A stretch of 64,000 nucleotides of DNA, taken from positions 62,001 through 126,000 of the IMG/VR virus record IMGVR_UViG_3300001782_000005; one strand, written 5' to 3'. Positions 27,985-38,468 of the stretch are shown here, piece by piece (within the stretch, counting starts at the first letter, position 1; the number at the start of each line of letters is the position of its first letter). Position numbers and translations under genes: made by a program. The notes under the pieces were generated by a model. It was not told where the DNA came from, searched no databases, and worked only from the letters and a program-made list of their open reading frames with translations.

Positions 27985-28984
27985 ACCCCTCCTCTCTGGT
28001 ATTTAACGGGAGTTGGTGTTGGTAGAATCCTTCTTGCCCAGTATAGAAGCCACCGCCGCCTTCATCCGGTTCAAGACCATCAAGAGGATCGTACTCTTCT
28101 GGATCGAAGACGTAGCCTCCGCCGTATCTATACCAATAGGGGAGCCAGGATCCGTGGGGTAACTCACTGGGGTCGGCAGGGGATCGAACCCTACCTCGCT
28201 GAGTTGATCCAGGTGACCAAGTATAGACCACCGGGGTTCTCTTCTCAACAAACTCCATCCATGTAGGTTCAAAAGGGACTTCAGCAACATAAAATCCTTT
28301 TTGAGATTTTGAATCTTTCTCATATACTCTTACACCATTCTTTATTTCAAAGGATGGGCGAAATATGTGCTGATGATAGTTACAATAATCAACAGATTCA
28401 GCCCCTTCTACATAATCATTGGTATCAACTATAAAGCGCATCCCATTCACTACAATAGATGTAGAGATAGTGAGAAGACCTTTACTTAAGTCACCGACAG
28501 TTATATGTAAACCGTCAAAATGCTTTTCATCAGAGTCATCAATGCCAGAATGGAAAGCTCCAAAACCGGCATGACTATGAATTGTACACATTAAGATATA
28601 ACCTTGTGCTTGCCAAGGAGACTCTCTCTTATAATCTACAGAACCTCCTGAGACTTCTTGAAAAGGTACTTGAATTTTAAAATCTCTCTTTTTCTCATTA
28701 TAGTGAAGCAAAGCAATAGCTTCACTTTTATGCTCATCGTAAACTTTTCTGAAGAAACTAACAATTCTTTTAAAATCCTCTCCCGGAACTTTTGGTATAT
28801 CTAATGTCGCATAGGACTTCACATGATTTAAATGCGGAATACCACTTGCTGGAACTAATGCATCAAGTATACCCAATTTCTTTCTAATATAGATGCCATT
28901 ACCTGCAACCACATAGAAAATATCATCATCGGGCAACTCTTGAGTTCCATCTGCTACGAAGACGTTGAACATGCACACCTCCAA
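27968..28984 (-). CDS. JAB/MPN+ metalloisopeptidase
   Basis: SEA...TIHSHAGFGAFHSGIDDSDE (E...HxH...S..D). Confidence 0.9.
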   Translation of the reverse strand: MEVCMFNVFVADGTQELPDDDIFYVVAGNGIYIRKKLGILDALVPASGIPHLNHVKSYATLDIPKVPGEDFKRIVSFFRKVYDEHKSEAIALLHYNEKKRDFKIQVPFQEVSGGSVDYKRESPWQAQGYILMCTIHSHAGFGAFHSGIDDSDEKHFDGLHITVGDLSKGLLTISTSIVVNGMRFIVDTNDYVEGAESVDYCNYHQHIFRPSFEIKNGVRVYEKDSKSQKGFYVAEVPFEPTWMEFVEKRTPVVYTWSPGSTQRGRVRSPADPSELPHGSWLPYWYRYGGGYVFDPEEYDPLDGLEPDEGGGGFYTGQEGFYQHQLPLNTREEGCGDDD

Positions 28985-31458
28985 TCTGCCACCATCCTTA
29001 GACCTTGTCTATCTGGTACTTCTATATAACCACCATGCATATTAGGATAGACATATTTAACTGAAAATCTATCAAGTTGTCTCTGTGTAAAACGAGGTTG
29101 CAGAAGACCCCACCAAATAGTCCTCTCATCTGGGTATACAGTTCCGGTAGTTATATATCTATGCATATACGCAGTCGGGTATTTTCTCAATCTCCCATAA
29201 CCATCTTTCATCAGCATATATGGAGACCATCTAGAAGACATAGTGTACATAAGAAAATCTCCCATCTGATGTGCAATTCTAGTTGCTGGTGGCGCAATCT
29301 GCACCTGATTCCACAATCTAGAAGATGGAGCCAAATATGAAAATTTAGAGAGATAGTGTTCATGTGCCCAAAGTGTACAACGATTCGAGCAGAGCATAAG
29401 AGGAACATCTGTTCCCGTATCAGTTATAAAACCAATGATTTGATTTACATCTTTCTTGGGGAATTTACTAATTCCCGCAACATTAGCTCTTAGTTTTGTG
29501 CCTGCTATTAAACCATTATACTCCTCAATAATCTTTCGAATTTTTCCAATAAATACCTGACCCCGACCTAAATCTGCATAGTTTATTGTTGCTATATCAT
29601 CATCTTTACCTCTTGCAGTTATCTTAATTATTCTATTTTCATCAATACTTATACCTATTATCTCTCGTATTATGGTCATATCTTCGGGTTTATTCCAATC
29701 TACAAAGACTACTTTATCTCCAATCTTGAAGTTCAAATCAATGTCATAACTTGGAAGATTGAACTCTCCATCCTTTACTAAATTCTCAAATGCATAATCA
29801 GCATTGAAGGAAAATTCATTAGATCTCGTGCCAACATAGAGAATACCAGTACCCTTCATTATCCTATGATCCCCATTGATAGAAGTAAACATCAACGGAC
29901 CAACTCGAAAAATGGGATGATGAACTGAAGTATCCTCATCCATCAACTTATACCGACTCTCAATAGTTTCAAAGGTTTCGTTTATCTCATAGCTAGATTC
30001 TCGATCTTTAAACCTTACACTTAAAAGACCTCTGTCATTTACATCAATTCCTTTAAGTTCGGCAGGTCTCCCAGTATAAAGGAGTATATCGGAAGGTCTG
30101 CTTATCAGAGTATACTCACGACCAACTTCCATCTCAATACCATAAAGGTTTATCTTCTGGTTAAAAATCTTCAAATCCAGGACGTCAGCAAAATAATAGT
30201 CTATACCTAACTTAACTTCGATATTGCCATCCATGGCAGTTCTGATTTCATTTACTTTTCGGTAACTCCTCATGGGGTATGCCATTTCAACAATATCTCC
30301 AGCTCTTATTGTAAGCCCATTCTTTAACTCCAATGAATCTATTGTATTTGTTTTAACTAATTTCTTAACTAAGGTATCCTTCATCTTCTCCGTTAATAAT
30401 TTTTCAGTCAATTGATCCTCCTCATCTCTAAGTATAAACGTATGAGGTGGATAACCAGGCATACCCTTAAATCCATTAACCCAATAAGTTTTACCTTCAA
30501 GTTCAAATTTATCTCCTATAGAAAGTAAATTTTCCCCTAAAGATATACTCTCACATGGATCCATATATACCTTGGCCTCATCTGTCTGAATTGGTTCAGT
30601 AAATAATTCAGCCAATTTGTAGAAATCAAGAGTTCTGCTATAAGTCGACTGCCTTTTAAGACTTGCTACTTTTGTTATCTCCTCCTTCAAAGTTCTTGCA
30701 TGATGTTTCCAATCTACTTTAAATACAAACATTGGGTCCTTATAAGAATAATACTGCCAGGTTAGAAAGTCAGACACTTCCCCAATATCTTCGTACATCT
30801 TATATGCATGGAGGTAATCAGTATTGAAACTATTGTTCCAGAACCTATTAAGAGCTTTATTGCAAACTGATTGAGTATTATCTCCATAGGATGAACCTTC
30901 TCCCAGACAAACATTGAAACTATGATCAATGTTTAGCAGATTTGGAATCAAAAGATAATCTACTATGCTGGTTATTGGATGTATCCTATAAAATACTCTA
31001 AGTGCATATAACTCAAAGAATTTGGTAATGGACATTATATAAACGACATATGGGAAAGCTAAAGTTACTCTATATGGTCTCTTTCCATCCCTATACTGTT
31101 TTAATACTTCATCAGTATAACCAAAATAGTCCAACTTTCCGGTCTTCCTCAATTTCTCGATGTTATATTCCAAACTCATATCGAGGCGAATTGTTCTAAC
31201 ACAGGGAGGGTCTTCAATAACTACGACCCTCCCACCGTTGCTAGTAGGTTGTAAAAAACGACAATTCTGAGGAAGAATTTCGTCTGGCCGGCGATTAGCC
31301 ATTCTAGTTATCAAACGGGTAATTAATTCACTTGTATTTAACAACCTTTGCCTTATTGTTGGTGTCGCTTTTGCTTCATCTTCACCAGAGTCAATTTCAG
31401 ATAGGCAAAGACTAGAAAATTTCTCACTTATAATTATCTCGTTTATCTCACGTTTCAT
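28954..31458 (-). CDS. large protein with N-terminal prokaryotic E2 (family D-like) domain
   Basis: LAFPY...PNLLNIDHSFNVCLG...FWNNSFN; ~550-aa unknown C-terminal region. Confidence 0.75.
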   Translation of the reverse strand: MKREINEIIISEKFSSLCLSEIDSGEDEAKATPTIRQRLLNTSELITRLITRMANRRPDEILPQNCRFLQPTSNGGRVVVIEDPPCVRTIRLDMSLEYNIEKLRKTGKLDYFGYTDEVLKQYRDGKRPYRVTLAFPYVVYIMSITKFFELYALRVFYRIHPITSIVDYLLIPNLLNIDHSFNVCLGEGSSYGDNTQSVCNKALNRFWNNSFNTDYLHAYKMYEDIGEVSDFLTWQYYSYKDPMFVFKVDWKHHARTLKEEITKVASLKRQSTYSRTLDFYKLAELFTEPIQTDEAKVYMDPCESISLGENLLSIGDKFELEGKTYWVNGFKGMPGYPPHTFILRDEEDQLTEKLLTEKMKDTLVKKLVKTNTIDSLELKNGLTIRAGDIVEMAYPMRSYRKVNEIRTAMDGNIEVKLGIDYYFADVLDLKIFNQKINLYGIEMEVGREYTLISRPSDILLYTGRPAELKGIDVNDRGLLSVRFKDRESSYEINETFETIESRYKLMDEDTSVHHPIFRVGPLMFTSINGDHRIMKGTGILYVGTRSNEFSFNADYAFENLVKDGEFNLPSYDIDLNFKIGDKVVFVDWNKPEDMTIIREIIGISIDENRIIKITARGKDDDIATINYADLGRGQVFIGKIRKIIEEYNGLIAGTKLRANVAGISKFPKKDVNQIIGFITDTGTDVPLMLCSNRCTLWAHEHYLSKFSYLAPSSRLWNQVQIAPPATRIAHQMGDFLMYTMSSRWSPYMLMKDGYGRLRKYPTAYMHRYITTGTVYPDERTIWWGLLQPRFTQRQLDRFSVKYVYPNMHGGYIEVPDRQGLRMVADWRCACSTSS

Positions 31459-31484
31459 CGCCTACTCCTCAGAGATTACCAAGA

Positions 31485-31847
31485 TTAAGTCTGAGCAACT
31501 GTCGTTGTTTCTTCCTCTGACGCTTCTTCTTGTGTGGGTTCAGATTGAGTTTGTGGAGCAGCTTGTTCAGACTCAGCTTGGACTTCATCGAGATTTTGCC
31601 AACCACTTCCTCCCGACTCGCCAGCCTGTGGGGTTTCTGACGCTGGAGGTACTGGAGGTGCTTGACGGCCCTGCTCTGCCATGACTTGCTCAACCGGGCG
31701 ATTCTCATTGAAAGCGACCATATAATTAACCATATCTCCCTTTGGCCTACCAATGACACCCTTGATGCTATGATCACGACAAAGTTGGTTCAACTCGACA
31801 ATTGTCTTGCCTTCCAAATTTTCTCTTCTCAGGTCCTCTGATGCCAT
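31485..31847 (-). CDS. Rho-N/HeH-like domain protein with acidic disordered tail
   Basis: RENLEGKTIVELNQLCRDHSIKG resembles the Ubl N-domain. Confidence 0.6.
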   Translation of the reverse strand: MASEDLRRENLEGKTIVELNQLCRDHSIKGVIGRPKGDMVNYMVAFNENRPVEQVMAEQGRQAPPVPPASETPQAGESGGSGWQNLDEVQAESEQAAPQTQSEPTQEEASEEETTTVAQT

Positions 31848-31849
31848 AC

Positions 31850-32215
31850 CTACTCTCCTCTCATTTGTTTATAAGTTTCCGCAAAGCGTAGAAGAACCTT
31901 TTCAGCCTTTACCTCTTTAACTTCTATAGCTCTAATTCTTCTAGCTGGTCTATCCACCGAGGAAGGTGGACCTTTTACCCAAACGCTTACTATGTAAGAC
32001 TCTTTGGATTCTCTTTCGAGAGCAACAAATGCAACCTCTCCTTGACTCCGACCAGGAACTTCCAAACAGAGAAATATATTTGGTCCTGTTGGTAAATCAT
32101 CAATATGCTCTACTTTATCTTTTTCTTCTTCAAAGATTGTGTCACACAATCTTTTAACTTGTTCATCCAATTCAGAAGATTTAATTTGAGTTAACAACTC
32201 ACTAAGAACTGGCAT
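31850..32215 (-). CDS. hypothetical protein
   Basis: Tightly packed ORF on coding strand. Confidence 0.55.
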   Translation of the reverse strand: MPVLSELLTQIKSSELDEQVKRLCDTIFEEEKDKVEHIDDLPTGPNIFLCLEVPGRSQGEVAFVALERESKESYIVSVWVKGPPSSVDRPARRIRAIEVKEVKAEKVLLRFAETYKQMRGE

Positions 32216-32561
32216 CTCTTAATCCTTTGTTATAGGTTGAGACATAACCCTGTATTACATTGAGAACATGGTCTAGAAATTCCTGCTTTGATTGATCTTT
32301 CATATTATTGTTTAATATCTCTGCTTGAATACAACTGTAAATGTTACCAATGAAGATTAGCATACTCTCATCTGTATCTCCACTATCTGGTACCATAACA
32401 GCATTACCGCCCTGCACATCAATCAACGAAAAAGTTTCTTCGATGTTCTTAAAGGCCAATTTGCTAATTCTTAAATTACAATTTGGAGCTTTTAACCATA
32501 GTCTCCCTTCCTCAGGCACGACTTCCAACGTACCTAGTACAAAGTTCTTCTGGATCCTCAT
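32202..32561 (-). CDS. hypothetical protein
   Basis: Tightly packed ORF with GGGG RBS. Confidence 0.55.
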   Translation of the reverse strand: MRIQKNFVLGTLEVVPEEGRLWLKAPNCNLRISKLAFKNIEETFSLIDVQGGNAVMVPDSGDTDESMLIFIGNIYSCIQAEILNNNMKDQSKQEFLDHVLNVIQGYVSTYNKGLRDASS

Positions 32562-32568
32562 TATCCCC

Positions 32569-32874
32569 CTACTTTCTTATCGAGTATTGCTTCTCAGCTG
32601 TCCGAAGCCATTCAGTTCTGTCAAAAGGGACACTTCTCCAATCTTTCTTATCAAGATCATACACATGAATGATCTTGTGTTGATCTATCAGCTTGAGGAT
32701 CTTAGCAAGGTTTACATCTTTTGGATGCATCTCTTTCGGAATATTAGCGAAATTGAGAGTACACCTCATTATTCTTTCTTCATTGTTTCTCTTCCTGAAC
32801 TTTACAGTAACCTCATCCTCAGTTCTGATTCTCTCAAGAAACTCAATTGCGTTCTTGATTACATCATCTGCCAT
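32569..32874 (-). CDS. WYL_2/Sm-like SH3 beta-barrel phage protein
   Basis: VKFRKRNNEERIMRCT...VYDLDKKDWRSV. Confidence 0.75.
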   Translation of the reverse strand: MADDVIKNAIEFLERIRTEDEVTVKFRKRNNEERIMRCTLNFANIPKEMHPKDVNLAKILKLIDQHKIIHVYDLDKKDWRSVPFDRTEWLRTAEKQYSIRK

Positions 32875-33354
32875 TCAGGTACCTCCAAAACCATATTTGA
32901 CCATAAGCTGCTCTAGTTCTATAAGGAAATTTGCAGTATCTTGAGTATACTCTTCAAGTACTATCTTTCCCTTAGCCCTAACATTGGGACTTTCAGCCTT
33001 CATATAGAAGGGGAGGACTAACTCACCTTTCTCAACTGGTGCTACTGCCTGACCTCTTACTGGAGAACCCAACGGAACAGTTTGTGGTTCAATGGTCTTA
33101 TTTTTGAAGTTAACATAGAGAAACTTATTCTCCCGATTTTTTGTAACATGACGACCTTTTCTTAGGAACCTGATCACATTATGAATAGTCTTTCTGCTCT
33201 TTTCACTTATTCCGGTATCAATAACCGCCTGCATCAAGTCGTCCTCTTCAAAACCATACTCTGTACCGTATTTAGCACATAGATTATCTTTGATCAGAAG
33301 ACCACGATCTTGATACCTCATTCTTCTTGCCGGTTCCTTTACCACTCTAAGCAT
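32875..33354 (-). CDS. hypothetical protein
   Basis: ORF coupled to neighbours. Confidence 0.55.
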   Translation of the reverse strand: MLRVVKEPARRMRYQDRGLLIKDNLCAKYGTEYGFEEDDLMQAVIDTGISEKSRKTIHNVIRFLRKGRHVTKNRENKFLYVNFKNKTIEPQTVPLGSPVRGQAVAPVEKGELVLPFYMKAESPNVRAKGKIVLEEYTQDTANFLIELEQLMVKYGFGGT

Positions 33355-34381
33355 CCCTCCTTTCTTTATGGACTAAGTTATCAAAGAGATTTGGATTCTT
33401 CGATAACAACTTGGACATAATCATACACGTCCAATTACATTTCCGGCAATATTTTTCTTTATCTGATTTAATCATTTTCTTCAGTGCAAAATAGAGTCGA
33501 CCGTCTTCATTTATACAATTGATAGCTTTGATTTTTGGAGTCATCATTCCTCTAATCCTAAGACAAAGTCTGACAGACCCGTCTGCATCAATTGTCAAGT
33601 TGTGTACATCCTTCTCAATTTCACAATCTAATTCTGCCGGAAGTATTTTGATTATCTCAGGGAGGAGGACCGAGGCCATATGAACATCTAATTTATTGTC
33701 AATGATTCGGTTAAAAGCATCCAGAAGCACGCTGTCTTTCTGCACTAGCAGAGTCTCATCCGTAATATGAGCAAAGTCATAGTACGGAGACTTCGCGATG
33801 TCAATCACTGTGATGTCGCTGCTTATTCCCAATTTAGACAATTCGTCAACTAATTGGTAGAGATAACTAACCGTTTTACTATCGACAGTTATCTCTGCAA
33901 CGATATCTTTTATACATTCTCGATACTTTTTCAATCGTTCAAGACCTTTGATGCTCTTTTTGACTCGGTCTGTTCCCTCCTCCTCTGAGAAAATGATTGG
34001 ATCAATTGAAGAAGTTAAACCAGTGATATAATCTGTTTTAGATATTAGATTTTCTAACATTGGTTGAACTTCATCACTATTGTTGGTTATGATGGTGTAG
34101 TTAATATCATTGTCATTACAATAATTTACAATCTCTGGTAGATCTTTTCTTAGTAGTGGCTCACCTCCATAAAATAGGTGGAAACAGTCTGGGTTATGTA
34201 TATGAAGTCTTCTAAGACACTCAATAACAAAACCCGTTGACATCTCATTCTTGAAATAATGCCCCAAGGATGGGTAGTGATTCTTAGGTCTATCTTTATA
34301 ATTTCTTGCGATTCTACAATAACCACAAGATAGGTTACATCTTCTTGTCAAGAGCCAACTTACAATTTGAATTTTATCCAT
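33347..34381 (-). CDS. radical SAM enzyme with C-terminal Cys cluster (Twitch/SPASM-like)
   Basis: CNLSCGYC, GGEPLLR, ITN; DGSVRLC...CRKCNWTC. Confidence 0.9.
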   Translation of the reverse strand: MDKIQIVSWLLTRRCNLSCGYCRIARNYKDRPKNHYPSLGHYFKNEMSTGFVIECLRRLHIHNPDCFHLFYGGEPLLRKDLPEIVNYCNDNDINYTIITNNSDEVQPMLENLISKTDYITGLTSSIDPIIFSEEEGTDRVKKSIKGLERLKKYRECIKDIVAEITVDSKTVSYLYQLVDELSKLGISSDITVIDIAKSPYYDFAHITDETLLVQKDSVLLDAFNRIIDNKLDVHMASVLLPEIIKILPAELDCEIEKDVHNLTIDADGSVRLCLRIRGMMTPKIKAINCINEDGRLYFALKKMIKSDKEKYCRKCNWTCMIMSKLLSKNPNLFDNLVHKERRDA

Positions 34382-34678
34382 TTAGACTCTTTCCCTTCTT
34401 GTGTTCATATCATTAATTAAGGCAATCTCCTTTGCATCACACATACTTGAACAGTTTGGTTGTACTATACAATTTTCACATGGACCTATATTACCCATAA
34501 CCGTTACAACCTTCGATGGTTCATCAGATATTTCCTTTAATCTTCCAACCATATGCATATTATTGATAAAACCATCAGATACTACCACGGTGTGATACTT
34601 GATCTCGGGATCGGGTATCTCGGTCCACTGACGTATACTTTTGGTTCTTTTGGACAACTGTTTCTCTTGTGTGCCCAT
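34382..34678 (-). CDS. small Cx2Cx5Cx3C protein
   Basis: GPCENCIVQPNCSSMC; true start probably near 34553-34559. Confidence 0.55.
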   Translation of the reverse strand: MGTQEKQLSKRTKSIRQWTEIPDPEIKYHTVVVSDGFINNMHMVGRLKEISDEPSKVVTVMGNIGPCENCIVQPNCSSMCDAKEIALINDMNTRRERV

Positions 34679-34755
34679 GTATTCGTACCTCTTACCTTTC
34701 TTCTATTCCCTGATCTCATCTTTACCCTAAATCCACAATACGGACATATTGCCAT
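34582..34755 (-). CDS. 57-aa zinc-binding microprotein
   Basis: Strong AAGGAGG RBS; MAICPYCG...AHKRNSC; missing from ORF track. Confidence 0.5.
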   Translation of the reverse strand: MAICPYCGFRVKMRSGNRRKVRGTNTWAHKRNSCPKEPKVYVSGPRYPIPRSSITPW

Positions 34756-34768
34756 AAAATCCTCCTTT

Positions 34769-37003
34769 CTACATAAATCTTAAATTCTCATCTGCATCAA
34801 TCTGATCAATATGTCTATGACTAATGATAAATATACTCTTATCTTCACTCACAAGTGAACGTAATAATTTTGACACATAACTTATATTATCATCGTCTAG
34901 CGCGTCAAATATCTCATCAAATAATAATATATTAAATTGCATATTATGGATACGACTCTGTAAGTCACCAAGAGTTAAGATTGTAGCAATATCAACAAGT
35001 CTTGTTTGACCCCCCGAGAATTGAAGTCTTGAGTTTGCCTTAGTCTTCGTATCAAGAACATTTACTGAAATCTTGTCCCTCATTTCTCCAGCCTTTGTGG
35101 CCTTTAATGTATCAAATGATACAATATATCTTCCTCCTGCGATTCTTTCCAAATAGTGACCAATCCTTTTATTCATAAATGGAATAGACTCGTCAATTAG
35201 CATACTTGGAATACCAGCAGAAGAAAATGCTCCTTTCCAAAATTCTAGAATTTTTATATCAGATTTTGCGAGTTCCAAACTCGCTCTGAGGTTTACAATT
35301 TCCTCTGAAAGTGTTTTCTCCTTACCAATTGCTCCATTTAGACCAGTTTCGTCGTACTCTCTTTTCTCAATTGACTTAATCACATTTTCAATACCTCTCA
35401 AATCAGATTCAAAACCTACAAGACGTCTTTCGAGTGCTGAAATGTGATCAATCTTAGTCTGAAGATCGGCAGCGTGTTCTCTTAGATCAACTAATTTCTG
35501 ATTCAAAGCAAACTTTTCATCTTCAGATTGTTCCCTAATTTTATCAATTGCCTCAACTGTCAACTCATTTATCTTATCTGTGAGTTCTTCTAATTTCTTC
35601 TTTGCCTCTGAGATCGCATCATCATGGGCACGTCTATGATTTCTTGCATCATTACTAGACCGTGCCTTTATATCAGCAACCTCATTATTTAATTTATCGA
35701 GTTCATCATTCAGTACACCAACTTCTGCATCCAATTGAGCATTCTCTTGCTGAAGATCTTTTATCTTCTCTTCTATTTCTGATAAAAGGACTTTAAGTTC
35801 GTTGACAGTTTTTTCATCAATTTCTTGCCTACAAGTTGGGCATACAGATACCTTTCCATCTAATATGGCCGCACTAAAATCCTTAGTTTGCTCTTGCATC
35901 ACACTAATTCTATCACCATTAGTAACAGCTTTTAAACGCTTTTCATTTATCATACTTCTAACATCATTAATTTTCATTATGTATGACTTCTCTTCTTCAT
36001 TTAATAATTTGTCAACTTTTGCAAGAGCATCTGCAAGATTATCATTTGCTTCACTTCTTTTTTTGTCATAAGAAGCATTAATCTCTGAAATCTTCAGCAT
36101 ACTCTTTGACCTTACCCCATTAATCTTGGTCTCCATATCAGAATCAATTGTAGACAATTTTGCCTGTACTTGATTGATCTTCTCAGAGTTTTCGGACATC
36201 TGTAAGGGAAGGTCCAACTTATGGTACTCCTCAATAGATTCTTTGAGTATACTAATCTCGTCTTCTTTCTTTTTATAATCTAGTTGACAAACTTCAAGAT
36301 CTTTCTGTTTTAACTCATAAAACTGTCTTTTTTCTTCAAGATATCTGCTAATTGTAGACTTCATCTCTTCAATTAGTGCCTCATTAGTATTTATTTTATT
36401 TTCAATTGATATAATCTGTTTAGCGGCCTCATTTAATTCTTCTGTAGAAATTTTAGAGTAGACAACATAATCATCAAGAGTTAATATCTTTCTAAATATC
36501 TCCTTTTGCTGAGAGTCTGTTAGATCAGTAAAGAAGGTCTTAACCTTTTGACCAAATAATAGAGTATTCATAAATAGTTTCTCAGGTGTAATGAGATTCT
36601 CAATCAAAGGTTTGACTTCTCTATGACCGCTTCCAATGTCAACAAATTTTCCATTCCTTTTCTCTTTTAAAATAACTGTGCTACCAACTTTGGAATATTT
36701 ATGAAAACGCTCAGCTATATACTCAATATTATCAACATCAAACTCAACCCATGTCTTACAGTTCTTGGCAATGGTTGTATTCATCACATCATCTGCTCTC
36801 GACCCCTTGGTTGTAACTCCATAGAATGTAAATGGAATTATATCGAATAAGGTCGATTTGCCGACTCCGTTAGGACCGCTTATAAGAACGAGCTGATTAT
36901 CATTAAACTCAATTTCAATTGGTTCAATATAACAACAGAAATTTTTCGCCCCAGCTTTCTTGAATTTAACTTTTCTCATCATCCACCCATAACACTTGGC
37001 CAA
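34769..37003 (-). CDS. sbcC: SbcC/Rad50 (gp46-like) ATPase
   Basis: GPNGVGKST, coiled coil with CPTC hook, FSGGQ, LLFDEIFDALD, ISH. Confidence 0.93.
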   Translation of the reverse strand: MAKCYGWMMRKVKFKKAGAKNFCCYIEPIEIEFNDNQLVLISGPNGVGKSTLFDIIPFTFYGVTTKGSRADDVMNTTIAKNCKTWVEFDVDNIEYIAERFHKYSKVGSTVILKEKRNGKFVDIGSGHREVKPLIENLITPEKLFMNTLLFGQKVKTFFTDLTDSQQKEIFRKILTLDDYVVYSKISTEELNEAAKQIISIENKINTNEALIEEMKSTISRYLEEKRQFYELKQKDLEVCQLDYKKKEDEISILKESIEEYHKLDLPLQMSENSEKINQVQAKLSTIDSDMETKINGVRSKSMLKISEINASYDKKRSEANDNLADALAKVDKLLNEEEKSYIMKINDVRSMINEKRLKAVTNGDRISVMQEQTKDFSAAILDGKVSVCPTCRQEIDEKTVNELKVLLSEIEEKIKDLQQENAQLDAEVGVLNDELDKLNNEVADIKARSSNDARNHRRAHDDAISEAKKKLEELTDKINELTVEAIDKIREQSEDEKFALNQKLVDLREHAADLQTKIDHISALERRLVGFESDLRGIENVIKSIEKREYDETGLNGAIGKEKTLSEEIVNLRASLELAKSDIKILEFWKGAFSSAGIPSMLIDESIPFMNKRIGHYLERIAGGRYIVSFDTLKATKAGEMRDKISVNVLDTKTKANSRLQFSGGQTRLVDIATILTLGDLQSRIHNMQFNILLFDEIFDALDDDNISYVSKLLRSLVSEDKSIFIISHRHIDQIDADENLRFM

Positions 37004-37262
37004 ATAAGTTTGTTAGCCATATCTTCGCATGTTGCTCAACATTATCAAATGAATCAGCATCAAAATATGCTAAGATAGACTCTCTTAACGTTGGGTAACC
37101 AGACCTCATCAACATGCCTGCAATTGCCAACATTGCATCCTGTTCTTTTAATGTGAGTTCCTCCTCAACCGGACCACCAGAGAGGGTTACTAACAAATCA
37201 AAAAGGTCCTTTATCACAACATTAGCTGGATTGTGCAAATTTGCTTTCTTCTTAGACATCAC
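36966..37262 (-). CDS. small hypothetical protein between sbcD and sbcC
   Basis: Overlaps both neighbours. Confidence 0.5.
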   Translation of the reverse strand: MMSKKKANLHNPANVVIKDLFDLLVTLSGGPVEEELTLKEQDAMLAIAGMLMRSGYPTLRESILAYFDADSFDNVEQHAKIWLTNLFGQVLWVDDEKS

Positions 37263-38287
37263 AATTCCTTTGCTGCTTTTTCAACAATCCTAAGACCAAT
37301 TTCCAGATATTTCGGTTGATCTTCTGGTTTTATCCCCTTTATGTCCATATATTTCAAGAATTTCTCATCTAAGGACATACTAGACTCAATACCTCTGTCT
37401 GTAATATCTCTCTCAGCTTTATCAATAATTAGAAATTCTTCAGCAATATGTTCAACATCAACACCCAGATCATCCCGAAATATCCTGACTTCATGACCTA
37501 TTGCCTGAAATTTCTTTGCCTTTTCAATTATCTCCTCTTTATTCTCATTCGTTATTTTAAATTCAAAATGTTGTTTATAACCAACCGTTGGAATAGATTC
37601 AATTGTTTCCAATTCAGTATCAACTACTAAAAATCTTTTCTCCTCATGCTTTTCTCCCCAATCTAATTGAATTGGAGAACCAACATAATATAATTTAATC
37701 TCATCAGCAATTATCTCTTGTGGTGTATGATAATGACCAAGCAAGACATATTTATATTTTCCAATAAGATCTTTAAGACCCATCTTTGAAACTATACTAA
37801 CTCCAGAATTCAATACAGCTTCATTCAAACCAAAGTGGGAAATGAGAAACTTACAAGAATTCTTCTTGATAGTTTCAACCATATCGTGTGCATATGGAAT
37901 AAAAGCAACATCGTAGTACTCAAAATAGTCTCTCAAATTTCGACTAACAAGTATTACATTGTTACACGCAACTAGACCTTTTAGTGCCGATACTGCATCC
38001 ACTCCCTTTCCGGATAGATCATGATTACCGTCTATCAAAACAAATTCTATGTCTGAATATGCATTGAAAAGATCTATTAGAACTGACTGAGCAAGAGCAT
38101 AGATAATTGATTTTCCATGAAGAATATCTCCAGCGACAAAAACTCTACCAATTTTATGCTCTCTACAATAAATCAACATTGATTCAATACAACTTTTCAA
38201 TGCCATTAATCTCTCAGGTAAATTACCAATTAATTTATCTTGTGTATAACCAGCAAAATGCCAATCTGCACTTAGACCAAACCTCAT
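37259..38287 (-). CDS. sbcD: SbcD/Mre11 (gp47-like) nuclease
   Basis: ADWH, AGD, GNHD, SH, GHYH, GSPIQLDWGE. Confidence 0.92.
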   Translation of the reverse strand: MRFGLSADWHFAGYTQDKLIGNLPERLMALKSCIESMLIYCREHKIGRVFVAGDILHGKSIIYALAQSVLIDLFNAYSDIEFVLIDGNHDLSGKGVDAVSALKGLVACNNVILVSRNLRDYFEYYDVAFIPYAHDMVETIKKNSCKFLISHFGLNEAVLNSGVSIVSKMGLKDLIGKYKYVLLGHYHTPQEIIADEIKLYYVGSPIQLDWGEKHEEKRFLVVDTELETIESIPTVGYKQHFEFKITNENKEEIIEKAKKFQAIGHEVRIFRDDLGVDVEHIAEEFLIIDKAERDITDRGIESSMSLDEKFLKYMDIKGIKPEDQPKYLEIGLRIVEKAAKEL

Positions 38288-38468
38288 TTCTTCTCTCTTC
38301 TCCTTTCAGCATCTAAACTCTCAAGTCGAGAAATTTCAGATTTAACTTCTGCCAGCATCGTATCCCTTGAAGGTAAATTAAGTCTTTTATACTCTATGTT
38401 TCTTTCCAAAAGTCCTTCTAAAATTAACAGATGTTTATAATCGACAAATTCATCAATTGTTAATTTCA

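Noticed and set aside
33347-34381. Radical SAM gene as queE
   Set aside because: At 344 aa with an extra C-terminal Cys cluster it does not fit typical QueE; left unassigned.
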